From Octopus bimaculoides (taxonomy: Eukaryota): a DNA stretch of 64,000 bases. Shown piece after piece: positions 40,965-54,500 of the stretch (its first letter is position 1; the number at the start of each line of letters is the position of its first letter). The DNA lies in the NCBI RefSeq assembly GCF_001194135.2, contig NC_068982.1, positions 60,547,149-60,611,148 on the forward strand, given 5' to 3'. A program made the position numbers and the translations under genes. The notes under the pieces are model-generated. The model did no database searches. It had not been told where the DNA came from and was given only the letters and a program-made list of their open reading frames with translations.

Positions 40965-41205
40965 GAACCTTCCCAAGTTGTAGGCTCATAAATCTGGTTT
41001 CCCAGATTTTGTGACATATATTTTACCCCCTGGGTGGAACACAGTCCATCAAAGGATTACTCATTTTTGCCAGCTGAGTTAACTGGAGCAACATGAAATG
41101 AAGTGTTTTGCTCAAGAACACAATGCATCACCTAGTCCAGGAATCAAAACTACAATCTTACAGTCATGAGTACAACATCTTAACTAATAGGCCGTGCACC
41201 TCCAC
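40965..41205 (-). mobile_element. tRNA-derived SINE (10727/12335 family), reverse
   Basis: tactcatttttgccagctgagttaactggagcaacatgaaatgaagtgttttgctcaagaacacaatgca, followed by a reversed tRNA head. Confidence 0.8.
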
Positions 41206-44200
41206 AAACATGCATGTTATGTATTTGTTTATACATATGCAATAGTGCATATAAGGATGTCTAACACTAGCACGGGATCACACATTTACTAAAGGAGTAT
41301 ATAATCAGTATATGGCTAGTATTTATTTTACTAACTTTGGAGGGATGACAACATAAGATGACCTGTTCTGTCCCTTTATGTTTGGAGGTGATATGTCACA
41401 ATTTCAACTCAAAATGTAAAGTCAAACACCCTTTCTCTTTTGTCATTTTACCATCCAATTCTTGAAACCATTTACATAGTAACCAACTTCTCCCTTTTCA
41501 CTGCCTTTAGATGCTAGCATGTTTTGATTGTTGAGTGTGTGTGTGTACTTACATATATACACATTTTTGTTTGAGAAAACATTTTGGTTTAGTCTTACTG
41601 TATAGTTTATAATCTTGAAATCTTTATCCCTTACATTTTCTCTCTTTGACACATTTGGCAACTTCTACTCTTGTTTCCTGTTATTTTATCCAATAATTTA
41701 CTTACGTGTAACACATAAGCATTTCCTTTATTTTCTCACACATTCCTCTCCTCCCTGATTTTGGGGGCTTTCTTTGTTACCTCAACACCATATCTGGTGG
41801 TGCTGAGATTTGCTTCTTCACTCTAAATTACCTTCCTTGTCTGAAGTTTCCTGTGAATAGTTACTTAAGCAAAAATATAAAGCTTTTCTTGTTTAATTTA
41901 TTCTAAAGAGTATATTATAAATCTTAAAATTAATAGATGCAGTGAGTTCCTTAACACAGTTTATTTAGCGTACAATGTAATTTATGAGATGGACAAATGA
42001 AAGTGAGAAAATGCCCATGATGTAACAATAGAATAACTGTGCCAGTAGAAATACATTTGTATACCTTTTTATATATTTTTTCAGATCTGCCTTATAAGTT
42101 ATGAGATTAGCTCAAAATAAGTAGTATATTTCTTGTTATTTAATTATGAATGTTTGGTCAAAATTTAGGTAAAGAGTTTAATGAAATTTTTAATCTATTT
42201 TATTTCATACAGCTCATATATTAANNNNNNNNNNNNNNNNNNNNNNNNNNNNNNNNNNNNNNNNNNNNNNNNNNNNNNNNNNNNNNNNNNNNNNNNNNNN
42301 NNNNNNNNNNNNNNNNNNNNNNNNNNNNNNNNNNNNNNNNNNNNNNNNNNNNNNNNNNNNNNNNNNNNNNNNNNNNNNNNNNNNNNNNNNNNNNNNNNNN
42401 NNNNNNNNNNNNNNNNNNNNNNNNNNNNNNNNNNNNNNNNNNNNNNNNNNNNNNNNNNNNNNNNNNNNNNNNNNNNNNNNNNNNNNNNNNNNNNNNNNNN
42501 NNNNNNNNNNNNNNNNNNNNNNNNNNNNNNNNNNNNNNNNNNNNNNNNNNNNNNNNNNNNNNNNNNNNNNNNNNNNNNNNNNNNNNGGTGACACATTCTT
42601 ATGGAAACTGTTTATCTCAATTTACTGCAATATTATTGCTTTTGTTTTGTTTTGTTCTTTTTTAAGTTATTTCCTAAATTATTCAACTTTTATCTTCCAG
42701 TTTTTGTTAAGTTCAATTAAAGTAATAAATTTCATTTATTTATATGCAAACTATTTATAAAGATTTTATTGAAATATTTAATCTAATAAATATTTAGTTG
42801 TCATTTCATGTTTTTTTACCCTTGTCATATATCATTATTATAATATCTATGAACATGTGCTCTTATTCAAGAAGAATTCTTTAGATTTCACATTAGTAGT
42901 AGTTAATGAATAACTGTTTATCTCTTTTGTCCTCATACCAATTATAAACTTTCACCAGAAAATATTCTTTTTCTCTTATTTTTTCTTTTTTCAAAATTCC
43001 ATCTATGTCATTTATGTTTANNNNNNNNNNATAAGTTATGAGATTAGCTCAAAATAAGTAGTATATTTCTTGTTATTTAATTATGAATGTTTGGTCAAAA
43101 TTTAGGTAAAGAGTTTAATGAAATTTTTAATCTATTTTATTTCATACAGCTCATATATTAAGATTATTTGTTCCATAAATGACCAATTAAAAAGAGTTGT
43201 AGATTACTCTTGTAGATGTATTATGGTAAAAATTATTTTTCAAAAACTATATTGTTTTACTTAATACTACAAATTTATGAATGCAATGATGAAATTTGAC
43301 TAAAAAAAAGCTTTTTTGCTTAGATTAAATAAAGATTTCCTGACAAATTCCATTTGATTCAGAAAAAAGCTCAAAATATAGCAACCAGTTAGAATTAATA
43401 TGTTAGATTAATTAATAGATTAATTGATAAGTTAGATTAATATGGTTTAGATATTAATCTAAACCATATTAGATTAGATTCGTTTTCCATTATGTGTCAC
43501 TACACATAATTTTGCTTAGAGTTACTGTCTTCATATTTTGGAATGTTTGTTTAAATACATATTTCGTTAAAGAAACAAAGGTGACACATTCTTATGGAAA
43601 CTGTTTATCTCAATTTACTGCAATATTATTGCTTTTGTTTTGTTTTGTTCTTTTTTAAGTTATTTCCTAAATTATTCAACTTTTATCTTCCAGTTTTTGT
43701 TAAGTTCAATTAAAGTAATAAATTTCATTTATTTATATGCAAACTATTTATAAAGATTTTATTGAAATATTTAATCTAATAAATATTNNNNNNNNNNNNN
43801 NNNNNNNNNNNNNNNNNNNNNNNNNNNNNNNNNNNNNNNNNNNNNNNNNNNNNNNNNNNNNNNNNNNNNNNNNNNNNNNNNNNNNNNNNNNNNNNNNNNN
43901 NNNNNNNNNNNNNNNNNNNNNNNNNNNNNNNNNNNNNNNNNNNNNNNNNNNNNNNNNNNNNNNNNNNNNNNNNNNNNNNNNNNNNNNNNNNNNNNNNNNN
44001 NNNNNNNNNNNNNNNNNNNNNNNNNNNNNNNNNNNNNNNNNNNNNNNNNNNNNNNNNNNNNNNNNNNNNNNNNNNNNNNNNNNNNNNNNNNNNNNNNNNN
44101 NNNNNNNNNNNNNNNNNNNNNNNNNNNNNNNNNNNNNNNNNNNNNNNNNNNNNNNNNNNNNNNNNNNNNNNNNNNNNNNNNNNNNNNNNNNNNNNNNNNN

Positions 44201-44758
44201 NNNNNNNNNNNNNNNNNNNNNNNNNNNNNNNNNNNNNNNNNNNNNNNNNNNNNNNNNNNNNNNNNNNNNNNNNNNNNNNNNNNNNNNNNNNNNNNNNNNN
44301 NNNNNNNNNNNNNNNNNNNNCTCATCAATTTCATTTTTATATTTTTTTCATTTCTTCATAAAGCCTTATATTTGATATTTATTTCAAATATATCCTGCTA
44401 AATATTGTATAAAATTCTATGGAATTCCTGTCTTATATACACTCCTAAATCATTTCACATGCATGTAGTTATTTGATTAGTAATTACTAAGACGCCAACT
44501 TCTAGTAATACCATAACAGACTGTGTGGTTTTCAATACCAGATATTTTTGTCCCCTTTGTCAATCTAATTTTATGATTTCTTCTCTATAAACATAATGGG
44601 ATATTAGTTGCTGCCTGGATTTTTTATCCTTCAGCAAATATTGAATTGTACAAAAAAAAATTGTACAAAAGAAATAGCATGGCAATACTTAGTGTCCATG
44701 ACTTGACAACGTGATGAAGTGCTGCCATCATTGCTCTAATGTGAGCATTATATATTAT

Positions 44759-44804
<46 letters not shown>

Positions 44805-45168
44805 ATATATATGTGTGTGTGTATTTATCTATATATATAATATATATTATACATATCTATATATATATATATATATATATAATATTTTTATATATAGTGT
44901 ATATATACACACACACACAGATATATATGTACATATATTATACACACAACACACATATATGGTATTGTCTTACTTATGTCAAACACCTATGCAATTCTTA
45001 AAAATGGATTAAATATAGTCTTTTGTGTATATCATGAAAACACAGTGAACTGCATACATTTTTACATGCTTATTTCTTATTCTCAATGAGTGTGTTTGTG
45101 TACATGTATGTGTCACACACGCATAAACACATCTCCCTCTCTCTCTCTTTCTTTATTTCTTCATTTCT

Positions 45169-45215
<47 letters not shown>

Positions 45216-46374
45216 CACATAATCACACATGCGCATATTTTTAGAATACAAAAACCACAATTTCTGAAGGAAGAATTTTGTTTGTTTATGACTGACTTTA
45301 TTTTGTTTGTCAACAGAATGTGTTTCATAAAAAATGCTGAATACAGAAACACACACTCACACAATATATTTTGAATGTGTGTATGTTCACATTGAATAGT
45401 TTGAAGATATAATGTCTTGACTTAATTCACAATCATCAATAATTGTTATTGAGCTCAGTATTAAGATGTATGGTTTCCCATTCCTAGACTGAACTAAGAT
45501 TTTGTTTGTGCTTTAATTAGTGCAGCTGCACTTTGTTTGGTTTTTAATAAAATCTATTGAGTCAATGACTCAAGTTTTAAATTGTTATCTTGTTTAGCAC
45601 CTGCTGTGTTTATATATATATATATATACATGTGTGTGTGTGTATGTAGATAGACAGATAGATTGATATAGATACATTTATTATATGTATATTTTATATA
45701 TATACATTTTATATATACATATAAATAAATGTATGTATAAACATACTGTATATATATTTATGGGGTAGGGTATAGATCATTTGCATCATTTATCATTAGC
45801 ATTTTACATCTGCTTTCCTATGCTGGCATGAATTGGATTGTTTTCCCAGAGGTAGTGTTTGTGCAGTTGGATGCCTTTCCTGTTGCCAACTCTGTTATTC
45901 ACAAATATCCGTCAAATGTAAATAATGTAAGTAAAGTTTTGATAAAGTTTCCTTAAAAAATTTTTTAAAAAGCAGGATTGCAATTTCTAATTTCTTCTGA
46001 TACTCCCAACGGTAACCTGTGGAAGAAAGACAATGTATACTGTCTTCTAATATAAAAGATTATGTCAAATAAACAAATGCTTGACCCAAGTACTTGATAG
46101 AGTAAAAAGACACTTAAGTGTCACTAAGTGTCAAGTAGTAGTTTTCTGATTTACAATATATGTCTTTTACCTTATAAAAAGTAAATCCCACTTCCTCTTC
46201 ATGTTGAAGGTTAAAGTGTATTTTATTTTGTCACCAAGGCTGGACAAATTTCTGAACTTGAAGCATTTGTGCCTTTTGTAGGTGAACCCTTCCTCATCCT
46301 TGTTTGTAAAACCCATAGCTTAATGTGTGGGGGTTATTTAGAGATACTATTGATCACGAGTAAATTTGCTCTCT

Positions 46375-46430
46375 TTCTCTCTCTCTCTCTCGCCTTCTCT
46401 CTCTCTCTCGCCTTCTCTCTCTCTCTCGCC
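46375..46430. repeat. 18-bp minisatellite (TTCTCTCTCTCTCTCGCC)n running into a gap
   Basis: Exact units at 46395-46412 and 46413-46430, plus a slightly longer first unit. Confidence 0.9.
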
Positions 46431-48238
46431 NNNNNNNNNNNNNNNNNNNNNNNNNNNNNNNNNNNNNNNNNNNNNNNNNNNNNNNNNNNNNNNNNNNNNN
46501 NNNNNNNNNNNNNNNNNNNNNNNNNNNNNNNNNNNNNNNNNNNNNNNNNNNNNNNNNNNNNNNNNNNNNNNNNNNNNNNNNNNNNNNNNNNNNNNNNNNN
46601 NNNNNNNNNNNNNNNNNNNNNNNNNNNNNNNNNNNNNNNNNNNNNNNNNNNNNNNNNNNNNNNNNNNNNNNNNNNNNNNNNNNNNNNNNNNNNNNNNNNN
46701 NNNNNNNNNNNNNNNNNNNNNNNNNNNNNNNNNNNNNNNNNNNNNNNNNNNNNNNNNNNNNNNNNNNNNNNNNNNNNNNNNNNNNNNNNNNNNNNNNNNN
46801 NNNNNNNNNNNNNNNNNNNNNNNNNNNNNNNNNNNNNNNNNNNNNNNNNNNTGTGTGTTTATGAATTAAGTTAGAGCCATGTCAGTGTAAGGATTCAGGA
46901 ATGATAAACGTCCAATTAGTTCAGCCATTCATTATGCAAATTAATTTTTATAAGTATACATCTTCTCTTACTGCAAATAGAATTAAATAAAAAAAAATTG
47001 ATAATAATGAAAATTGAACAAAATACAGATGAAAGTTATTCATCAGGAATCCCTGGTGTGATCAGAAAAAAATTCTTATACTTAATTCATGAAGACAAAT
47101 ACAGATATCAACAATAGTCTTTTTTCTTCACATCTACTTTTCATTCTTAGTAAATAAGGTCCAACCAAGAAACTTATGTTTGTTTGCTTGACCTGCCAGA
47201 AACTGTAACCAAATCTCTTTCATATCACACCAACTTAAATAAACATTGAACAATGTCCCTGATATTCAAAAGAAGGTCAATGGATGTAGAAGGTCAATGG
47301 ATGTAGAAGGTCAATGGATGAATAATTATTCAAAGGATACAAGCCTTGATACACACACTGTGTCATATTCTTTCTGCCTGAAAATTACATTAAAAATACA
47401 CATGTCTGTGGAATATTCAACCACTTACATGTTGATTCAGCTTACAGGTAATCTAGTTGATCAAACAATTCAAAACTCATCACTGAAAGTTACACATATC
47501 CATTTGCTTTTATTGGTCTTACTTGACCAGAGCTGACTTGTGGCTTAACAACAACATCAACAACATAGTAAATAAATGATTTATGTTCTATTTAACTTCA
47601 TAATGAATTATTCTTTTTGCCTCTTTGAATGTAGTTCATGTAGTACAGATGGCCGTTCAGAAAATTTCACTCATTATTTTATAAGGACTTTCTTAGATGA
47701 TTGTATACTTACAGAATAGAAGTTACATAAAAATCTATAGATCTCAACGTCAACAAAATGTTTTCAATCCCTATTGGCCAAAGAAGGAAGTAATTATATC
47801 TTTTTTTTTTTTTGTTCCAGACTCTTGGAGTCTGGTAGCAAAATGGAGATAAACCTCTCCTATGAAGACATCCTCTAGAGACAACTGATAGCATTCCAGC
47901 TATCACAAATAATGTATCCAATTAAACAGTTTCAGAATAAATAAACAAACAAATAAATGTACAAATAAATACATAAAATATGCAACCTGGTGTTAGCATC
48001 TGCTAAGCTTTCTCTATACAACTTCACCTCTCTTTTTCATAGCGTAAATGTGTATTATTGAATTTAACCAATATATGTTACAACACAGTGCTTATAGTAT
48101 TCATTACTTTTCAGTATTATTTACATTTTCACTAAAAAAAAAAAAATATAGAATCTTATGTTCAGTTTTCTTTTTATGCATGCAGACAAAAAAAAAAAAA
48201 ACTTCAAATATTTTTTTAATGCTAAACTTCACCTCCAC

Positions 48239-48250
48239 CACCACCACCAT

Positions 48251-48308
<58 letters not shown>

Positions 48309-48330
48309 GTTTCTACTATTACTACTAGTG

Positions 48331-48361
<31 letters not shown>

Positions 48362-48363
48362 TA
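48239..48363. repeat. Compound trinucleotide microsatellite (CAC)n(CTA)n(CAG)n(TAG)n
   Basis: Directly visible. It explains the poly-T/S/V/L ORFs in the track. Confidence 0.97.
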
Positions 48364-48649
48364 AATAATTGGAAAACAGCAGCACAAAACCAGATGCAGA
48401 ATATTTTTGAGCAAAATTTAATCAGGTTCTGAGTTTCAGTTGATAAATAGATTTTCATTAAGGTTTATCATAGAATGGTATGATCAGTATTGTCAGTTAT
48501 TTTTTGTCTGATAATTTGAATATAATATCTATTTTGTATGTATTCATATATATATATATTGATATCTATGTATATGTGTGTGCGTGCGTGTGTGAGTGTT
48601 TGTATAAATATATATATAGAGATAGATAGATAGACAGACGGACATAGAT

Positions 48650-48895
48650 GTGGGGGCAAATGGCTTAGTGTTTAGGGTGTTGTACTTATAATCATAAAAT
48701 TGTGGGTTATGATTTCTGTACCAGGCGATGTGTGGTGTTCTTGAGCGAAACATTTCATTTCATGTTGCATCAGTCTACTCAGTTACCAAAAATGTGTAAT
48801 CTTGCAATGGACTAGTGTCCCTTTCACAGGGGTGGGGGATTATATACTCTACAGAATCTGGAAAACCAACCTCATGGCCCAGGAAGGGCCCTTGA
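48650..48895 (+). mobile_element. tRNA-derived SINE (10727/12335 family)
   Basis: Head tggcttagtgtttagggtgtt, and body gtgttcttgagcgaaacatttcatttcatgttgcatcagtctactcagtt. Confidence 0.7.
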
Positions 48896-48971
48896 TTTTT
48901 ATATATATGTATGTTACATACATACATATATATATGCCTGCATACACACATACATATTTATATGTGTAAAG

Positions 48972-49020
<49 letters not shown>

Positions 49021-49882
49021 TACATATATAATATGTATATATTATGCATCTGTACACACACACACATATATAATATGTATATATTATGCATTATGTGAGC
49101 ATCAATGTTTTTTTCCACTTTCTGAATAAGAAGCAAAAGAAAGAAATATGTACGTTTAGGTGTTTTATGGTAGATTAGAATTGTTATATAATTATTGCAT
49201 GTAGTAGTTTCTCATATATATATATAAAGAAAGGATATTTGACATTTATTGCATTATTGATAATGTTTATTGCATTGATTATACCATGACTTAGATAATA
49301 GTCCATAATAACCTATATTAAAAGATTAGCTGTATAATTATACCAATAAGGTAGAAATTGCTGTGAATTTTTACTTGAAATTATACGAATGATTTGGTAT
49401 CTGTTCTGGAAGAAAATCTGTAGTGAATGTCATATTAATGGAGTACTGATAAACAATATATAGGTTCACTAATTTATTTATTTGAGTAAAATTTTAATAA
49501 TTAATCAAGCAGTGAAAGTTTCTGCATCTATATTCAAAAACCTCAAAATAACTAATGTCTTTATATTGATATCTAATGAAAGGTTTATTGAATGAGTAAA
49601 ATATTATTTGATAATGTATTGTTTTTAAAAGTACATGCTGCTAAAACCAGTTTCAGCAAAATTATTTATTGCAATATATCATCATCATTATTTCCTGATT
49701 GCAGTTTTTCTTCTCCAGTTGTGCATGATTTCAATCTAAAGCACTCTCACTGAATGTGTTTGATGAATATTTCATGATGTGATATTTGAATTAAATCTTG
49801 TTTTGTTATGATGTCCTGATGGACTCTTGTGCAATGGGGCCTAACAGCTCTTACACAAGGCTGTATTCACAACTTATTTCAA

Positions 49883-49928
<46 letters not shown>

Positions 49929-51028
49929 TCCCTCTCTCTCTTGTAAAACCAGCCATTTGTCACTGAACACATTGTCAAGGTGTGATCTGCCCATCAATCC
50001 TTTCAAATATGGTTAATAATAAGTCTCTTGCGTGTATCAGGTAGTTGTCATTTCAGTTCAACTTGGTACACAATGTAAAATTCATGATAATGCCCGCGAT
50101 TGATTATTTAGAATTGCTCCAAAATTATATGTCTTTTTTGTGTTTTTAATCTTTTTGTGTCTTTGATGTATTCAGTTTTTAAACAAATGTATTTCCATTA
50201 GTAAACTAAAAATTTCCCTTTGAAAGTTACATATACACTTTCAGATAATATACTGCATTTTTTCAGACTTGAGTGCAATTTAAATATTCAATTTTCTTAA
50301 TTAGTATCCCAGAAAATTTATTTTGAAGGCTTATATATTCATTATCGTCCATACAGGTCTCAATATTTTGAAACAATTTATCTAGTTGAATTTTGAAATC
50401 CATTAATGTATTTGCAATATACAGAGTGTATTAACATATTTGTATTTTATGATTTATGAAGCTATGGTTTATACTTTCCTCTGGCAAGAATGGAGAAAAT
50501 TAAGGTGCATGTATTGATTTACTTGCAAATATTTTTCAATTTGTTTGTAAATTGTTATGTGTTACTTAATTTTCTACACATAGTTTAGAAAATTCAGATC
50601 TAGAATGTTTTGTTAATTTTGGGAATGGGATGCATAAAAATTGTATGGTCAATGTTTGTATCCTTGTAGTTGAGATATATTTCTGGTTAGAAATAATTTA
50701 CTTCACTGCTGACTTCAAAATCCTGCCTATCTTTAGAAATCTAACTATAGGATTGTTTGCTAAGACTTTCAATGTGTTCCTATTGCAGTAAATATATACG
50801 TGAAATGCGAAATTGCATTCACACAGAAAAAAATATTGATAGTAGGATATTTTACACAGCCTTAAAAGTGAAATACCACCCCACTTTCTTTTTATCCATT
50901 TTCCAGTGATGTATGGTGGGGTGATTTACTTGTTGTAGCAGATATTCTTTACGACTAGATGCTTCCCACTTCTAACCACCTAATCATGAAATAAGTGTGA
51001 AATATTTTTGTTTTATTATTAGTTAGTC

Positions 51029-51551
51029 TAGAGGTCATCAAACAACAGCTTGCAGGTCGGATCCGGCTCGCAAGGTCAGTTCATCTGGCCCACAGCCACT
51101 CTATACCTTTTGTGTAAGTACCTGCATTTGCCTCTGGTATGGCATCAGTGTTTGAAACAACTTATGTCTGTGAGCAAACATTTTCAAAAATGAAGTATGT
51201 GAAGACAGTACATCGAACGAGGTTGACTGACGAACATTTGAAAGCAATTCTCTTGGTTGGATGCAGCAATTCCAAAACAAATATTGATTATATCTTAAAA
51301 ACTAAATACCAGGTTCACAAATGTCACTAACCTTTTTTACTGCTTAGTTTGTGAGATTCAGATATGTGCAAACTGGGTTTGATGTAACTATCTTATTGCT
51401 AACGTCACCTTCTTTGATAACATTTTGGTAAATAGGTTGTCTTTATATTTTGTGTATTCACTGTATTGTATTAAATAAAATGGTTGTGCAGCCTGAGCTT
51501 GTCATTCTCTCAGTTATCTGGCCCGCTATGAAAAAAGTTTGGTGACCTCTG
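51029..51551 (+). mobile_element. Non-autonomous hAT DNA transposon (Buster/Charlie/SPIN-like), 523 bp
   Basis: 15-bp TIRs tagaggtcatcaaac (51029) and gtttggtgacctctg (ends 51551), matching 13/15. Flanking 8-mers agttagtc and aattagac match 6/8 with a central TA. Subterminal ggtcggatccggctcgc and tctggcccgc motifs are present. Confidence 0.88.
51118..51330 (+). pseudogene. hAT transposase C-terminal dimerisation-domain fragment
   Basis: MASVFETTYVCEQTFSKMKYVKTVHRTRLTDEHLKAILLVGCS..* matches the FGSTYLCEQxFSxMKxxKxxxRSRLTDxHL pattern of Buster-type transposases. Confidence 0.88.
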
Positions 51552-54500
51552 AATTAGACAAACTGGAGCAATTTGTGTTAGGATCTGTGTGCATGATTCT
51601 GTGCTCCGTTGACCAGCTTCTTAATTTCTTGACTATTGTTCATGCTGTTTATGTTGGTCAGTATCTGATGTAAAACTTTCATTTTCCATGTTAGCTAAGT
51701 ATAACCTTTGTTACATTAAAATAGAATCAACTTAACAAGGTACCACTAAAAGTAGTTGCCTTGAAGTTACCAACGCCCATTGTAGAACCATTTCTTCTCA
51801 ATCTTTTCCACCCACTGCATTATTCATATTATAACATGTCTATTGTGGCTTAGATTTCACAAAAAATTATCTTCTCTTATATTGATCTTTTACTTTAGCA
51901 ACATCCAACTTACTCATTCCAAATTAACTCTTACTTCATTTTATTTGCTTCTACATCTTGCCTGGTTCCCATTATTTATCAGTAGATTAACTATTTTTTA
52001 GCCCAAATTTCATCATATCCTTTTGAGTTTCATGTTTTGAAAACACCTGATATATCTAATTATCAGTTGTTTTGCTTTTGTCTTCTTTTTTTTCCTTTTG
52101 TAAACTTTCTTTAAATTAATGTATTCTACAGAAGTACAGTACATTATCACAATATATTTGCAATAACTAATTTTATATTTTTGTAACATAATGGTGGTAT
52201 TATGTTTTCTTTGTACATTGAATGAAGTTGATGAGCTAAATTTGTTCTAATAATTCCACCAATATCTTTCATGTATTATGAGATTGTAATTCTTTGTTTT
52301 AAAAATCTCTCTCATTCCACTTGCATGAGTGTACACCGATGTCTGCACATACTTATACATATCACAGAAAAACATATTTTGTTTGATTAGCTTTTATCTA
52401 TATGATAAGCTCACTTACTATTGTCCTTCAAGAATATTTTTGTCCTTAGCACTATCATTCTGCCATATCTTGATGACTGCTATGTGAAGATTAAAGCTAA
52501 AACAAACCAGAATTGCTTAAATTCTTTATGGACAACTAGTCTTATTTAATCTTCAGAATTTATATTTTATTTCCATCCTCAGAGATAGGCCCTTCACATC
52601 CAAGCTGTCAATATTTTAAATTTTAAATTATATTTTTGTTCTTTTTCAATTTGAACCTTTTCTGTTTTGCAACTGAGATTACATATCGTCTGTCTGTTAT
52701 CTTCTTTTATTATTTTCCTCTGGTCTTACATTATCATGAAGATAAGAATATCAAACATAAGCCAGCTGTTTCTGTAAACAATATTGAAACCTTCTGCTTG
52801 CTTGCGTTAAAAATAAAAATGATTTTCTTTCAAGATATTTTTAAGTTAGTTAACTCAGCTTCTGTGAACCCCAAATATTAACTAATTGAATTTCCTGCTA
52901 ATTTTAGTTTAACATTTTATAATATTTCTACTTTTTTTGTTCAACTTCATTGATCTTCAGTTTATGAGAAACTTAAACATGTGTCTAGGGATGCATGAGG
53001 TTTTATGGGTTTTTTTTTTTTATTTCCCTTTAATAGGTTTCTTCATTTGTTATGCTGAAAAAGTGCAGTGCTCATCAGTAGTTGTTTTACACCTCCTATG
53101 AACAAAAGACGAGAGTAATTTGGAAACAGTATAAATAATGTTTAGTTTAAAAAATTGATTGGTAAATAGGAAGAACACATTCCAGAGGAATATTGTTCTG
53201 CAAAGAAATTACTTATAATAAATTTAGTGGGCAAGACAGAGTAAAGATAATAAAAGAGGAGAGACAAGTATATACATGGAATTTAAGAAGGAATTACAAA
53301 GAATTGCCAGATGGACTAGAGACATGTCATTGTATTAGTTAGGGAGAAATATGCTTATCTACATGACTGTGTTCCTCTCCATAATTACATCCCAATTAAG
53401 TTTGCAATTGAAATTTCTCATGATAGGTTTGAGCAACTGGTTCCTGTTGAAAACAATTCAGTAGAGTCTATACTTTTCTTAGAATGTTAAGGAAAAGGAA
53501 CTTTCCCATGTCAGTCTCTACCAAATTTAAGCTATTAATGTGATGCATTACAGTGTAGTAAATAATTACCACTGGTAACAGAAAGTACACCATTCTACTC
53601 TCTGAAGAATGCACTTAACAAAATATTGGACACAAGTCAAGCACTCAATTATAAGTTACTTGTCTTACTACTATTTAGTTGACTTTACAGATGTATTACT
53701 ATTGAAAGAGATATTAAAGTACATTGTTGCATCCTGTATTGAGTTGCTATCAACTCCATATATATACTGAGCAAAGTTACTTCCTTGATGGCACTAATAT
53801 TTTGTACTCAGTTTTAGTTGTCTCTAGGGATGTGACTCCTGCAGTTTCATGTTTTTGTATAAACCACCCAAAATTAACCCTATCCTATAATAAATTCTCA
53901 ATGACTCTCAGCTTTTTTCAGGATTTGGTCCAGTAGCTTCAGCTCTCTATTATTACTTCTTTCCAGGTCACCCCCTTTGACACTGTAATAGTTTATAATG
54001 TCAGTAGTTATTTAGAAATTATATCTACCTGCACACGTAATTTGTAATAATCATTGCTTGAGTTTTCAAATTCTCTCTAGCTATTTAATGGTAGTATTTA
54101 ATTGAAAATCAGAGTTCTTATTTCAAACCCTAACATTCCTGTGACTTTTGTTCATTACTCAAAGACTAGTGACACTGATGTTCATGACTTATATAGCTTT
54201 TAGTTAGCATTTCATATTCTCTTATAAGTTATAAAAGAATTTCACAAATTGGGAAAAAGAAATTTATAATTCTTAAAAGGATTTCTAAAAATAATATTCT
54301 TTGATGTTAAAGCCAAATCTAAACCTTTTGTTATATTTCTCTATTTTTTTTTTTTTTTTTTCAGAATTAAATTTCTATGATTTATAATAAATATCTTAAT
54401 GTGCTACCCTTTGGTCATGAGTTCAAATTCTCTCGAGTCTGATTTAACCTGTCACCTTTCTAATAAAATAAATAGCAGTAATCCTACTTTGTGTAATTTG

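Noticed and set aside
48048-48458. Poly-Thr/Ser/Val/Leu ORFs
   Set aside because: They are the trinucleotide microsatellite read in different frames.
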